A stretch of 64,000 bases of DNA from assembly GCA_053919585.1 (NCBI GenBank), contig CM132798.1. The stretch is one strand, 5' to 3'. Positions 11,685-24,585 of this stretch are shown here, piece after piece. How positions within the stretch are numbered: position 1 is the stretch's first letter; each line of letters begins with the position of its first letter. Source of the DNA: Euprymna scolopes. Taxonomy: Eukaryota. Under the pieces are notes generated by a model, which had not been told where the DNA came from, searched no databases, and worked only from the letters and a program-made list of their open reading frames with translations. Made by a program: the position numbers and the translations under genes.

Positions 11685-12170
11685 TGTTGAGGTATTATGT
11701 CGAACAAAGATGGTGGCAGTAAATCACATCAGCGAAGACTAATTGCAGTCCCGATCACAATTCTTAAGTAATTCTTAGTAACAGAGATGGTGGCGAAGAA
11801 TCACTGGAGTCCTCATCTCGGTTATTAAGTAATTCTTAGTAACAAAAATGAGGGCAAAGAACCAATGCAGTCATGATTCAATCGTTTCAATATAAACGTT
11901 GAAAGCGAACTGAAGTGAATCCAAAATTCGATGTTTTATAATCAAGTTAGGATGCTTCTGATTGGTTGAATTTCCTTACCGTAAGCTATGAGTTGGATAG
12001 TCAGAAAACATAGTGTCATATCCGTATTAGAAGTAAAAACAATTTAACGCCAATAATAGATTAGGCTTTTTCTGAACCTCTCTGTCTCAACCCTACGGTG
12101 GTTCGTCTAAATAAACCCACATAGCTAGTAACTTTATTGTGTCTCACACGAAAGTTCTATCTTTTCAGCA
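11685..12170 (+). repeat. Possible solo LTR with internal ~61-bp tandem repeats
   Basis: TGTTGA...TCAGCA ends, AATAAA near the 3' end, repeated TTAAGTAATTCTTAGTAACA; no clear TSD. Confidence 0.3.
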
Positions 12171-13320
12171 GTTTAACTCAAGTTTAAATGGACGGCTCAT
12201 TTCAGGCTAAAACACCCTGCTTTGTAAAAACGTATAAATGTCAAATACATCCTAAGATAGAGCGCTGTTAGGAGTCATAGGATTATCATTTCTTGCCTTT
12301 TCAGCGTGCAAAACCGTTTTCAAAATTTTATGTGCCTACTTTTTTCCTCGCTACAGAAAAGACGCTTCGCTCTATAGTCCCCTGTTAAACACATGCAAGC
12401 ATTTCATGACTAGCTGCAAAATGTGTACAAACATTTCATTTATTCTTCATCTGTGTTAAAAATAAAACACAATTCTATTAGAATACTTTCTTTTCTATGA
12501 GTGTACGAGATTGGAACACAATACCGACATGCTGCTTCCCAGCATAGCTATATTTTAATATAATGTAAATAAGGTATTGTTAAGCCAGCCTTTTATATAA
12601 CTAAGCATTAACTAAGTTCCATCATTACTGATCATGTCATCTTACAATGTGTCTAAGACTTATTAACCTTTGTGCTAAAATTGGCACCGGATACTAATAA
12701 GTGATAGTCCGCTTGTAAAAACAATAAAAAAGAAAATGGAATAGACAGCAAGAAGAGTTCATTGCAATAATCCACTTGGTATTAAATGTCGGAACTTGGT
12801 AACTTAATTCTCTATGTATTTTTTTAAATGAGTGACGTTTTTGAAAGGCACCTGTCTTTTTGTAAAGTACTGGTTGGACGAACCGTTTCATTTCATCTTT
12901 TGTTGACGGTTTTTGCATCAACTAAAGTCAACCGATAGAAAATGTGGAGAAAGTTGTATTTTATTTTGGTGAAAGTAGGGTCTCACTTGGTCGTAAAATT
13001 TTCCATTTTTCTATTAAAATGTACTGATTTGTAAACCCCAGTGCATTAACTGTTGAATACAAGCTGCGTCAAGAAATGCATTGTCTGTTCTACCAAATAC
13101 ATTTAAAATTTCATATTGTCCCATAGTATGCCAGATTAGCAATACGTGCACTTTCAAGTTTACTTCTTCAACGTTAAATCTATTTCTCTATTTTATTGCT
13201 TATAAAGATACTTTGGATGTTCAATGAGTTTAATGGATACAGGTGATTATTCATAATATTCAGGCTAGGTGTAAATCCACACTTTTATTGGAAATTTTTA
13301 TCAGAACGTGTTTCTAATAT

Positions 13321-14575
13321 CAGGTGGCCAAGAAGTTACTTTATATTTTTAAAAGTTAATAACTTTTTCTATTAATATATTACATTTCTTTTTGCTTTTA
13401 ATTAGAAAGTAGAATATTTCGAGATTTTTTGCATGGATCAGTTTTAAACAGGACAGTAAGGGAAAATAATTGAATTTTACTTTTAAAATGGACGGGCAAT
13501 GTTTCCAACACACAATTCATACATACGTCATTCTAGTGTCCGACATCCTCCTAATAAGCATGCAATAATAAAGTTAGTTTCGCACATTCAAGTGCAGAGC
13601 TCTGTAAATGATAGGTCTAGACTTTATTGAGGTCCCTCTGTACGTACACCTGACAATACTGACGATGAGAGGCGTAGCATTTAAGAGAAACTAACCATAT
13701 CCACTCGAAAGCGTTCTCAAAAACTTGCTATCTCACGGAGTTCTTTACAGCACACTCCACGAGATTTGCATATGTTTCCTTAAAAGGTAGAATTAGTGAA
13801 ATGTCTACTGCCTTCTAGACACGACTAAATTACGCTGTGAGGTTTCAGAAAACTGCAAGAAATGACAATGAACATATTCGAAAATTGATCATTGGAGATG
13901 AGGCGTATTTCCATTTGAATGCGTATATTAATAAGCAGAATAGCAGATTCTGAGGGAGCGAAAATCCATGAAAAGTTTATGTGAGTCAAACGCACAAAGT
14001 TAAAGTAACAATATTGTGCGGAGTTACCTTAGACATCGTTATTGGATCCTTTTTCCTTGCAGATGTAAATAAAAAGCCGTGAATGTAAATGCATAGAGAT
14101 ATGCCAGTGAATTTATTTCACCTTCAGGGCATTCGTGACAATAACGTGAGGCAACGTCATTTACAGCTGCAGCCACAATGCAGTTGTTAATTGTGATGTT
14201 TCACTACTGAAAAATCTGTCAAAATTCCTATTCTGAATGGCCTCTACGTTCATCTCAATTAACATCCCCATACGCTTTGCTTTGGAGATATGTAAAAGAT
14301 AATGTGTATAAAATGAGCATCGAATTTTCCAAGAACTTGAAGCACACATACGACAGGATTTTTAACCCTACAACCTTCAGTGTATAAAATTTTCATAGAA
14401 AATAGCTCAGAAAGAGCTCGACTTTGTAAAGTAAAAAAAAATGAAGGCTACGTTGTGAACATCATCTTTCGTATATAAATCAGAACACATTTTCACACTT
14501 GAAACAGTGTAATAAAATAGAAGTAATTAAAACAGTTATTCAAGAAAAGGCAGTTTTATCTGCAAACTATGTATT
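13321..14575 (+). mobile_element. rosa/DD41D-type Tc1-mariner remnant
   Basis: STRKRSQKLAISRSSLQ..DLHMFP, GDEAYFHLNAYINKQNSRF*GSENP, WPLRSSQLT..LLWRYVK. Confidence 0.85.
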
Positions 14576-17306
14576 GACTTATGAGACAGACAGTTATCAT
14601 AATATGTGTGTCTGTTCTCCTTGATTTTATCCGAGTTTCATATTTATTTATTTATTCTATTGATAATGTGGCTTCGCATACATAAGGCCGTTATAATATA
14701 GGTTTTAGAACGATATGGGCAATCCGTTAACCACTGAATTGATCAACATCGGTAACGAATATAGAGTAGTTTTGTTTCTAGTTTTTTAAAGGTTGCTTGT
14801 TTTTTTTTTGTAGGAAAGCGGAGTACATCTTTTATTCTGGTGTGCCTTGTTTTGGTGATAAATATAACGTGCTTTGTTCTAGCGTATTACATTGATGGTG
14901 GCAATGTTTGATTTGCAAATGTATTGTCAGTAATGTTCACAAGCGTTCAAGATGTTTTGTAACATGAGTTTTTGTTCTCTGTCCAACGTGTTTGGATTCT
15001 ACCTACAATTTGTACGCCTTACACATATACAAGCCCTCAATTCTTAATTCTATATTCTCGGTTTAGTAAATAAGAAAGTATCGCAGAATTTATTACTGAT
15101 TGATGCAGTAGTTCGTTCTTTTTTTAAGGTAATGTTCAGATATTTCAACTGTTTAGGAACAGGGAATATTTTATGATGCATTATTCTGTGAGAAGTAAAC
15201 CCATAAAAAAAATATCAAATCTTACTTCGTCTTATTAATATTAACTCCGAAATTTTCATGTTATGTTTTTTTTTCATCATTAGTAGGCAGACTTTTTGAA
15301 ATCTGCGAGGTTTCACAATGCATTTTCTATTGATCTTCACACATTATGAAATAGGAAATCAATGTACTATGATCGCATGGGTGATAAATGCAATTAGACT
15401 TCAAACGCTGGTGAAACATATAAGGTGGTCTTTCGACTAATAGTATATCCAAACAGCGAATCTGGGCATCGATTGCAGTTTTAAGGAAGGGTTTAAGATT
15501 AAAGAAATCCTCTTACACGGTGCTCTTCGACTGATGTTTAAACACGGAGTTTATGGCGTCAATCAGTTCGCATTTAGTATTGCAAAAGGTACGCTTTGCG
15601 TTATATAAAAACTGTGCACAAGAAAGGAAATTGGTGCTTCTTGGACTGAAATTTCTGTAAGTGCCTCGGCATAACCTTCTAAATTTTGCCAGGAGAATCA
15701 ACTCGTAGTGTCTTAATGCATACATTATAACAACCCAGCGCTCAGTAAGGTGAATAACAACTGTATTAAGCGTCTTACGGTGTGTAATTATGTGAAAGCA
15801 CATTCAAATTCTTGTTTCAGAACTTGTTGGGTTATGATGTGCTGAATTTGGAGGAAATGGATTAGTTTCATTTTACCAATGCGATGCTCATCTCCCATCA
15901 AGCAAGATCCACATTGACTGTCTTTGTTTGAACAGGCTTTTTTACTATTTTATTAAGGAGATTATGTTTTGATGGCATTATCAATAAGCACATTCTGATC
16001 ATTTCTACTAACGACTTCTTTCACATCTTTGTTATATTTTCCATTTTTTTATAATTATATTACAGTTCTGCAAAGTGTTTGAATTGAAGTCAAGGTTTTA
16101 ACAGTTTGTAACCGTTGCTAAGCGTTTTAAGCATAAATACCATTTTGAAATAGGCAGGTGATTTTCGTCTTACTATGACCCCCCCAGCACTCAAATACAC
16201 TTATAATACAGGAGGCCGAATCCAGTTTGCAATTTATTTCTAGATAATACTTAAAATGTTTTGTAACTGACTAAATATAGTATTTCTACTGGATATGCCC
16301 ATCACTCTCTGTACATAATCGGTTGTTTCTCTTTTCATTTTGCTTACAGTTTGTTGTAAGCGAACCATCGTAAAATTAAGCCGACAGCTACAATGGAAAT
16401 ATGCTTTTTTTATAAGAAAGTTTCTAGGAAACCAGACATCAACTTCAAATGAGGCATTTTATTATTTTGACCTGTTTAATTGCTACGTGTCTTTAGTGTA
16501 TTTCATTTTGGACAGCAGTCAAATAAGCGTGACGAGGGTAAATCAAGCCAAACAAGCTGACAGACCAGAACTAGGTATAACAATGGTTAGCCTCTCCAGC
16601 CGACAGCTGATTAGACGTTGTCACATAATTGATGATCTGTAAAAGGATTATAAATATCACCGGCTTGAAACAAAGAGATGAAATTTGATGAGACGCGAAN
16701 NNNNNNNNNNNNNNNNNNNNNNNNNNNNNNNNNNNNNNNNNNNNNNNNNNNNNNNNNNNNNNNNNNNNNNNNNNNNNNNNNNNNNNNNNNNNNNNNNNNN
16801 NNNNNNNNNNNNNNNNNNNNNNNNNNNNNNNNNNNNNNNNNNNNNNNNNNNNNNNNNNNNNNNNNNNNNNNNNNNNNNNNNNNNNNNNNNNTAGTTTTAT
16901 CTATTTGCAATATTGTCTTCAAAAATACAGGTGGAGCTAGGTAGTAATTTTGGCACTATACATGGCAATTAAGCTACGGAGAATTTCCCTCAAATTTGTG
17001 TGCATTTACTTGGAATTAAATAATCAATGTGAAAAGTTTAGGTTAGCGATTATGTTATGAAATGTTTAGACATAAGTGATATCTAGAAACACGTGTAATA
17101 AGATGACGTTTATACAAGTTAAAAATAATAAATATTGCAAATTATCATGTATTTACTTATGTAACAAAAATGTTAATAATAAATAACACAAAATTTACCC
17201 CCCCCCAAAAAAAAGGGACGGCCGTAAATAAATCAGGCATCGCTAATTTTTTAGTTGTTACACAATAACATAAAACCGAATTGCTTATAAGACAAAATAA
17301 ACGATA

Positions 17307-17377
<71 letters not shown>

Positions 17378-17379
17378 AG

Positions 17380-17627
17380 GCTGAAAATGCGAAGCTCGTT
17401 GTTTGTTTGTTTACGAACATGCGATTTGAGCACTATAAAGGTGGTGGCCGGTGTCTATTTAAATAGACATTCCGACGAGTTATTTACAGGCGTCAATTCC
17501 ATGGTCGAGTGGGAGAACCGCCGACCGTCAACACGACGGTTCTAGGTTCAATCCTTGGGAGAGATGTTAGTCTAGCGGTACTGATGAGTTGTGATACAAC
17601 GAAACAGGACTGTATGTCGATGTCTAC
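17380..17627 (+). mobile_element. Pol III (tRNA-like) element ending in a hammerhead ribozyme
   Basis: A box 17502-17512, B box 17545-17554, hammerhead 17576-17619; bounded by (TAA)n/(TA)n. Confidence 0.75.
17576..17619 (+). ncRNA. Type I hammerhead ribozyme
   Basis: CGGTA-CTGATGA-GTTG(TGATA)CAAC-GAA-ACAG(GA)CTGT-A-TGTCG; predicted cleavage after GUA at 17614. Confidence 0.85.
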
Positions 17628-18665
17628 AAATATATATATATATTTATATATGTATATATATGTATATATATATATATGTGCGTGTGTGGGGGTATGGATG
17701 TGTGTATGAGTTTGTGTAGTTGAACAATGATTATATGATCCATATTTAAGACAAAACGTTTGTGAGAAAGGTATTTAAGACAACTATGTCCAAATTACTA
17801 CAAAAAAACCTGCATAAATGAGTGATTTTTTAAAAACTGTTCACTTGAGCATGTTAAATAACTCTTAGAGTATCAGAAACTAATATATCCTTTTGCTGAT
17901 TTAATGAATATATACTTCAATTCGTTTATTTAATATCGTTTTAATATTATTCAGATAATAGTGAAATATCTAATCGGCTGTTTAAATTTAATCGACTTAG
18001 AACAAAATGAACCCGTCAAGGTATTTGCCAGTATTACAATGTTGTTGGGCATGTTTATTTTATGCGTATTAATTATTGCGTAAGAAATGAGGGAGCATCT
18101 AAGCCGAGAGAATGATATAATGGATATTAAAACTATTATTCCTAGGATGTTATGAGCTAGTTCAGTTGTGGTGTAGCAGTTCATGAAGGACAAAACAGTT
18201 ACAAGGTGAGAACCATTCATTTTAGTCTAGAGAACTTAAGATCCCAACATCATTGTGCGTAACAAAGCTAACTCCCCTACTATACNNNNNNNNNNNNNNN
18301 NNNNNNNNNNNNNNNNNNNNNNNNNNNNNNNNNNNNNNNNNNNNNNNNNNNNNNNNNNNNNNNNNNNNNNNNNNNNNNNNNNNNNNNNNNNNNNNNNNNN
18401 NNNNNNNNNNNNNNNNNNNNNNNNNNNNNNNNNNNNNNNNNNNNNNNNNNNNNNNNNNNNNNNNNNNNNNNNNNNNNNNNNNAAAAGTAATGGCCTAGTG
18501 AATTCAACGAGGTTTTTAGATGGTGCTCAATGAAAAGAGCTGATAATACTTGTTTATTGTTATATAAACATGCTCACATCCCCTACAAACAGCCATTGTT
18601 TCAATCAAACAACAGATACCATCAGGCATAAACACTTGGGCCATATTGAGATTAGAATGCTTAAG

Positions 18666-18733
<68 letters not shown>

Positions 18734-18759
18734 AATAAGGGGGTGGTCACCAACAATGT

Positions 18760-19082
18760 GTATTTGTTTAAAATTATTTTATTATTCTGTGTTTTGGTTT
18801 TTCATTAAAAATTATATTTAGATCATTGTAATAATGTTTTTAAATAATTAAAATTGTTTTTAACGCGTTTCAGACGTTCTATAAAGTGTCCTCTTCAGAA
18901 AGTATTTAACATTTTTAGAATCTATTCAAGATGTGTGTTAAATGTAAAATAACATTTTCGTAGTTCATTTGAAATGTTTCCCAGAAGTGGAAATATGTGT
19001 AAATGATTCTACTTTTCATTCGTATGTTCAATTTTTATTACTGGTTCATTGGACTGGACTGTGGTCACTGATATCTTATGTT

Positions 19083-19115
<33 letters not shown>

Positions 19116-19674
19116 TTCTAACTCTCTCTCTCTGTGTTTCTATTTATCTTTCTTTGTTTTTTTCTTATTTTTTTTCTTTTTTACTCTTACCTGAGTGAGT
19201 GTGAGGGTCCCATTTGTACTTGGCCAACTGGGTGCATAAGGTAAGATGTGTGTGTGTTTTCTTTCATTGGTTTGAAAAATGTATGTTCTGTTTTATAGTA
19301 TTATACATTTATTTGCTTCCCTATGAAAGTAAATATGATCCAAGGTCGTTACTAATGTGTGTGTGGTAGTATGGGGGCAGATCCTCTGAAATAAGGGTAG
19401 GGGTGTTTTCACTCAATTTTGATATTTATTTTTTGGATTTTTAGATTTTAGTATTGTGAATTTTCGTTTCAGTCTTAGACTGTTCGGGTAATCTTAATAT
19501 TATGTTTGTTTAGATAAAGAGGTGTATTTATAAATATACGTAGGGGATTTTTTTTTACTGTTTTTTTATTTATTTGTCTCCTCATGTAGGTATGACCAGA
19601 CCTAATATCGGTTCTTAGTGTGGGGACAATCTCGTTCCTAAGAGCATCTTTCTCTCGGTGGAATTTCTTAACCC

Positions 19675-19680
<6 letters not shown>
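18760..19680 (-). mobile_element. Penelope-like element remnant with terminal minimal hammerhead
   Basis: Weak GIY-YIG-region-like peptide (..THISTSG..NYENVILH) running into a hammerhead at 18857-18903; flanked by (TA)n. Confidence 0.45.
18857..18903 (-). ncRNA. Minimal hammerhead ribozyme (Penelope type)
   Basis: TTT-CTGAAGA-GGAC...GTCT-GAA-ACGCGT-T-AAA; palindromic stem III. Confidence 0.7.
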
Positions 19681-19731
<51 letters not shown>

Positions 19732-19757
19732 CTATTTTTTACTATAATAATTAAAGA

Positions 19758-19803
19758 CCTACAACCACTAGTGTTTCATCATTTCGGGAATCTTCAGTGC
19801 AGG
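19758..19803 (-). ncRNA. Type I hammerhead ribozyme, cleavage triplet mutated
   Basis: CCTGCA-CTGAAGA-TTCCCGAAATGAT-GAAACACTAGTG-GT-TGTAGG. Confidence 0.7.
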
Positions 19804-20100
19804 GTGTCACGATTAATACCAGTTAAACGATTTGAACCGCAACACGAGATATCTCTGGCTCGATTAGCGGAGACTTAATCCATTCGGCTACCATTAACCG
19901 CGTGAAATAACGTTGAATTTAAACATTTTTAATTTAAATGTTCATTTACATCAGCCAGACATTGATCTAATCGTTATACAATGGTCTATGCATAAGAGCT
20001 AAATTGACCGAGTTTAATTCAACTAAAAGTGCTCAACGATAAGAAATGAATTTCTTAAAAGGGCTGGCAGAATTATTTTTTTTACTATAATAATTAAATA

Positions 20101-20146
20101 CCTAAAGACACTAGTGTTTCATCCTTTCGGGAATCTTCAGTGCAGG
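20101..20146 (-). ncRNA. Type I hammerhead ribozyme
   Basis: CCTGCA-CTGAAGA-T TCC(CGAAA)GGA T-GAA-ACAC(TA)GTGT-C-TTTAGG; GUC cleavage site; one mismatch in stem I. Confidence 0.8.
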
Positions 20147-20177
20147 GTATCAGGATTAATACCGGTCGAACAATATC

Positions 20178-20255
<78 letters not shown>

Positions 20256-21119
20256 TTATGTATATATGGGAGATTTCAAGAATAGGAAAAATATAGGTCA
20301 TCGTGATTATATTTAAAGTGCTTGTGAATCAAGAGAAATGCCTCAGATATCGAAGAAGTCAGAGTGGATAATTAGGAGCCGTGCATCACACCGGTTTGAA
20401 AATTGTAATCCAAATTTCTGCACTCGATTTTACGATTTTTTTTGTAAGTTCTTGACAATAGCTAATGTGCATTTGTGTTCATATTAGAAAAAAAGTTTAG
20501 TTTAAAAAGTATAATATTACAATTAATAATAATTTGGTGATCTCTGATGGGCATCTATATAAATGACAAGTCTCCCAAACTGTCCAGCACTTTAAACCTC
20601 TTTCAATAACCTTGTCAAATGTATTTGTTTTGTTACAACAGCCGTGTACCATTGATTTTCCGACACAAACGACCTAAAGCTTCATTTAGATGTGGATGGA
20701 AATAAGCCTATGTTAGTTTAATCTTCTTCAAACTGATCTTGTATAAGTCTAGTTTGTGCTTCCTTGTGCAATATTTTTTTTCCTTTTGAACATTCACAAC
20801 AATTTAGTGTGGTGCTATTTTATGTCGATAATGCGTTTTAATTAGAGAGTTTAACGTACAATTATGAGTCTCCTGTTTTCTTAGTTCCATGTGGTGTTCT
20901 TTTATCATCTCTACTGTTGGAGTTTTTCTACAGCGAACTGGGTGTTAGTGAGTTTGTTTTCGCATTCAAAGGTTTTAATAATATTTAGATATTGCTTTGC
21001 TTTTGGTATTTGTTATATATTCCTATCCATTGACCTGATTTCAATTGCTCACATTATTTCCTCGAAGTTTTTCGGCATTTTCCCTACTACTACTACTACT
21101 ACTACTACCACTTATAATC

Positions 21120-21158
<39 letters not shown>

Positions 21159-21599
21159 TCATTTGGGTTTGTTTTACTTTCTTTATATTCCATATACATT
21201 TCCGCTCTCAAGCTTGCTGTGTTTATTTGCTTCGCTTTTTTGACGTATTTGATATTCAACCCTTGGCTTTTTACACATTCTAACATCCCGTATTTTGCTT
21301 GAATTAGTTTATCTGTTTGTATGTGTATTGTTTCTGGAATTTTGTGAATTCTGGTTTCGTGTATTGCTGTTGATTAGTGTTTGCACTATTTTTCTGTGTG
21401 TTTAAGATGCAAGTTGCTGCAGTCACATATTCTATAATTTTTCGTGTTGTCTCATTATCCGCAGCGTCTGCATTTGCTGTTTTCTTATGTCTGAATAATG
21501 TTTGCATTGATATAGTTGGTTTTATTCGCATTATCTTTTGCGCATGTTATTAGGAAGTGGGGATTTGGTGCAAGTTTCCTTTTCTCACATCCGTATCAA

Positions 21600-22480
21600 A
21601 GTATTTTCGTGAGTCTAATCTGATGCGATCCCTTTGAATTTTCCGTGTAACTAGTTTCCTCCTTTTTTATTTCTTGTGTAATCTTTTGAATCTCTATTTT
21701 ATGTGTTTTCACATTTTCACTGCAATGGTTAGCCTTTAATTATTCCACACCTTTATTTTTCTAGTTCTATTCACTGCTATTCACACATTCTTTTTATAAC
21801 AAACCGATGCCCTTCCACTGTCTTTCCTTTTAACGTAAGGTTGATCAGACTAATTCTCTGGGTGTGTATTGTCATAATTTCTTCTTTTTTTTTTTAAACC
21901 GAGATGCCCCAATTTTTATTTAGTCTAACCTAGTTTTTCTTACTAGTGAAAATGTCAATGTAATTTACATTTTATTAGATACTGACTATATAGTTTATTT
22001 TCTCTGATGTTTCTTCTGAATCTCTTATTTTTTCTTCTAATTTTCATAATCATTTTTGTTCAGTTAATGGTGCCTGTTTTAAGATTCCGATATAATTGTA
22101 GGTGACCTGTTCGGTTATTTTCCTAATCTTTTGAATCCTTTCCGTTGCTGTACGTTTCCCCCTTCTTATAAAAGCAGTACGTACTTACACACACCAAATT
22201 CAGTTCGGATAACCTATCTGACGCTCTAATAGTATTTTCCAGGATCCATATTGGCATTCTGTTTATTTCCGAAAGTCCTAGTTCGTGCATATAAACTAAG
22301 TTCTATTCCGTGCATATATTAGAAAACGGCTATGATGAACAGTAGTGCTGATAAATCTTCTTGGAAGATACTTATTTGTATTTTATCGGGATTTCCTATT
22401 AGTGCTTAGTTGCCAGTTCACGCATGCATGTTCCCATAGGGTTTTCAATCATATTTGTCGTCTAGTTTCGTATTTTGTAC
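21600..22480 (-). mobile_element. R4/Dong-like non-LTR retrotransposon RT remnant
   Basis: IFQEDLSALLFIIA (GIFQGD.LSPLLF), EFGVCK, YNYIGIL and LYVKRK.G-like fragments. Confidence 0.55.
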
Positions 22481-23616
22481 ATCTGCAAGCATATATTAAT
22501 TTCATGAGTTCCATAAATTTGTAGTTATTCACAAAAGGTATTTGAATAAGTAATAGAAAAATTAAAAGGCGAATTGGTAGAAAGCAATATGCCAATCATG
22601 CAAATGAGCTGAACAGAAATGCATGCAATCGATACAGCAATTCTAAAGGAAAATTACATACTACTGCTTATACGTTTTCAATTCGTAATTATCAATAAAT
22701 CGGCAGTTTGTGTTTAGTTACAAAATTTTATAGATTAGCTGTTGAATAACAATCATAAAGAACACACTGATCATTAATAAAGAGAGCCATATTTACCAAA
22801 AATTGAACAGGCTTACTGCTGATCAACGTTTATTAAGAACCTTGCTAATTACAATGAAGAAACTAACAGGACATCGCTAATTTGTGTCAGACCGATAACC
22901 ATAACATTTCTTGAATGGGGCAAAAGGGGACTCATTTAAACAAGAAGTAAAACAGGGTTAAGACGAACAGAGATTCAATAAATTCGTGAAAGGAGAAGCT
23001 GGATAAAGGGACAGGACGCGTGGAAAAATAGTAAGGATCGAATAAGGAATAGAAGCTTTTTATTGATGAACAGAAGCAAGAAACATAAATAACATGTTAC
23101 AAATCAAGAGACTGATTAGTTTTCGAATAGAAAATACGTAAACGTAGCACCAGAATAATAAAGAGAGGGATTGTCAGCAAAAAGACGGGAAAAATAAAAT
23201 ATTCTGACGGTTGTTTTAAAGTTAGAAATAGCAAACCTGCCATTAAAAATAATACCATTCTAGACTCGATAAATATTACAAAAACCACACCTTTCGATGG
23301 AATAGAATAACGAATCATTTGAGAATGACTCCATCTTGATTTCAGAGAGTGCTCTTTTGTTGAAGCATTAACCCCATTCTCTGTAAAAAGTGTCAGAACC
23401 TTTTAAACTCCTGTTCCTATTCTTTTGACCATATTCACCTTCCATTATTTTTCACTAAATTATTGAGCATACACTTTTGCTATATAGATGTTTTAATAAC
23501 TAATTCCAATAGTACTTAATGTTTTGCAGCGTTTCTACTTGCGTGATATTTTCACAGACTAAGCAATGTTTACTTATCATCTCCACCACCAATTATACCT
23601 TTTTATTTTTATTAAA

Positions 23617-23695
23617 AACTTAAGTTTTTCAGCACTTAATTATAACTTAAGTTTTTCAGCACTCATTAAACTTAAGTTTTTCAGCACTCAATTAT
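23617..23695. repeat. Short tandem repeat, 3 x AACTTAAGTTTTTCAGCACT
   Basis: Directly visible; period about 25-27 bp. Confidence 0.9.
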
Positions 23696-24585
23696 AATAC
23701 GTATCCGTGTCTTTGAAATACTGGATTAATATATATTTTGTGTTGGATGTCATTCAATTGTTTAATCTAAATACAATTGAGTATAATAGAAATATGCGAT
23801 TCCATCTTGTTTTCATTATTTACTGAAATATACTGAAGGCTACTTTCAATCTAACAGGAATACAATTGAGTTTACAAATCTCTTTATTTTCGTTTAGTCT
23901 CAGTAGTTTTTGTCTCTCTTAAATTTATTAATTTGTGAGGTTTTTGGACTCGTTTGTCGCTAGAAATATGTCCAGGGGAAGCTATATATTCGCGGTGACA
24001 GTATGGGAGTAATGATCTAATAAGTTTCCTTCCGGCTCTGCCAATATGTATTTAAGACAAAACACGCCAATCATATTTTGTAAGAAATAACCTAGAATCG
24101 AATTTTGGCGAGTATCATGAATACCGCTTAAACTAAAATCGTTTAGAAAAATAAAATCTATATTCTTGCGATCTAAACGCATGAAAAGTGGGCGCTTCAA
24201 AAACAATTTATTCCTAAATATTGAAAAACATAAAATCATTGTAAAATCCAAAGCAAATTAACGAACGAAAAGAAAACTAGACAAAGGGATATAATCGTTA
24301 TCAGGAATTGAAAATAAAGCAAAGACAATATTGCTAATACTATAAAACAAAGAAATAAAAAAGCGAGTCATAGAATAACTTTACTCGATTGACTTAAAGG
24401 TCAACAACTGTAAAACAAAATTAAATGAACGTGTTATAGAAATATGCAGAGTAAATATGTATGTTAACCGTTTGCATACTCTTGTCTTAGTCATCTCCTG
24501 AAATACAAGAATTAAAAAAACATAGATCGTTAATTAAGAAAATGTTACATTTTTTACATGATCGTTTTAAAATATTTCGGATTCA

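Larger units (their letters stand above)
19733..20170 (-). mobile_element. Retrozyme-like tandem unit (343-bp period): hammerhead - spacer - tRNA-like A/B boxes - hammerhead
   Basis: Direct repeats 19733-19825 and 20074-20170 each contain the ribozyme; A box TAGCCGAATGG (19880-19890) and B box GGTTCAAATCG (about 19828-19838) lie between them. Confidence 0.8.

Noticed and set aside
12600-16000. Coding-like minus-strand stretches at about 12.7-13.1 kb and 15.5-16.0 kb
   Set aside because: Probably old transposase debris, but I could not recognise a diagnostic motif.
17495-17565. Possible tRNA gene (also 9200-9285, 19820-19895, 27540-27610)
   Set aside because: A/B boxes are present but no complete cloverleaf or acceptor stem; treated as SINE-like heads.
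22640-23330. Purine-rich stretch resembling a LINE ORF2 linker
   Set aside because: Motifs too eroded to assign.
23617-23695. CRISPR-like direct repeats (also 11760-11845)
   Set aside because: Eukaryotic context, spacers very short or mutually similar, no cas genes; ordinary tandem repeats.
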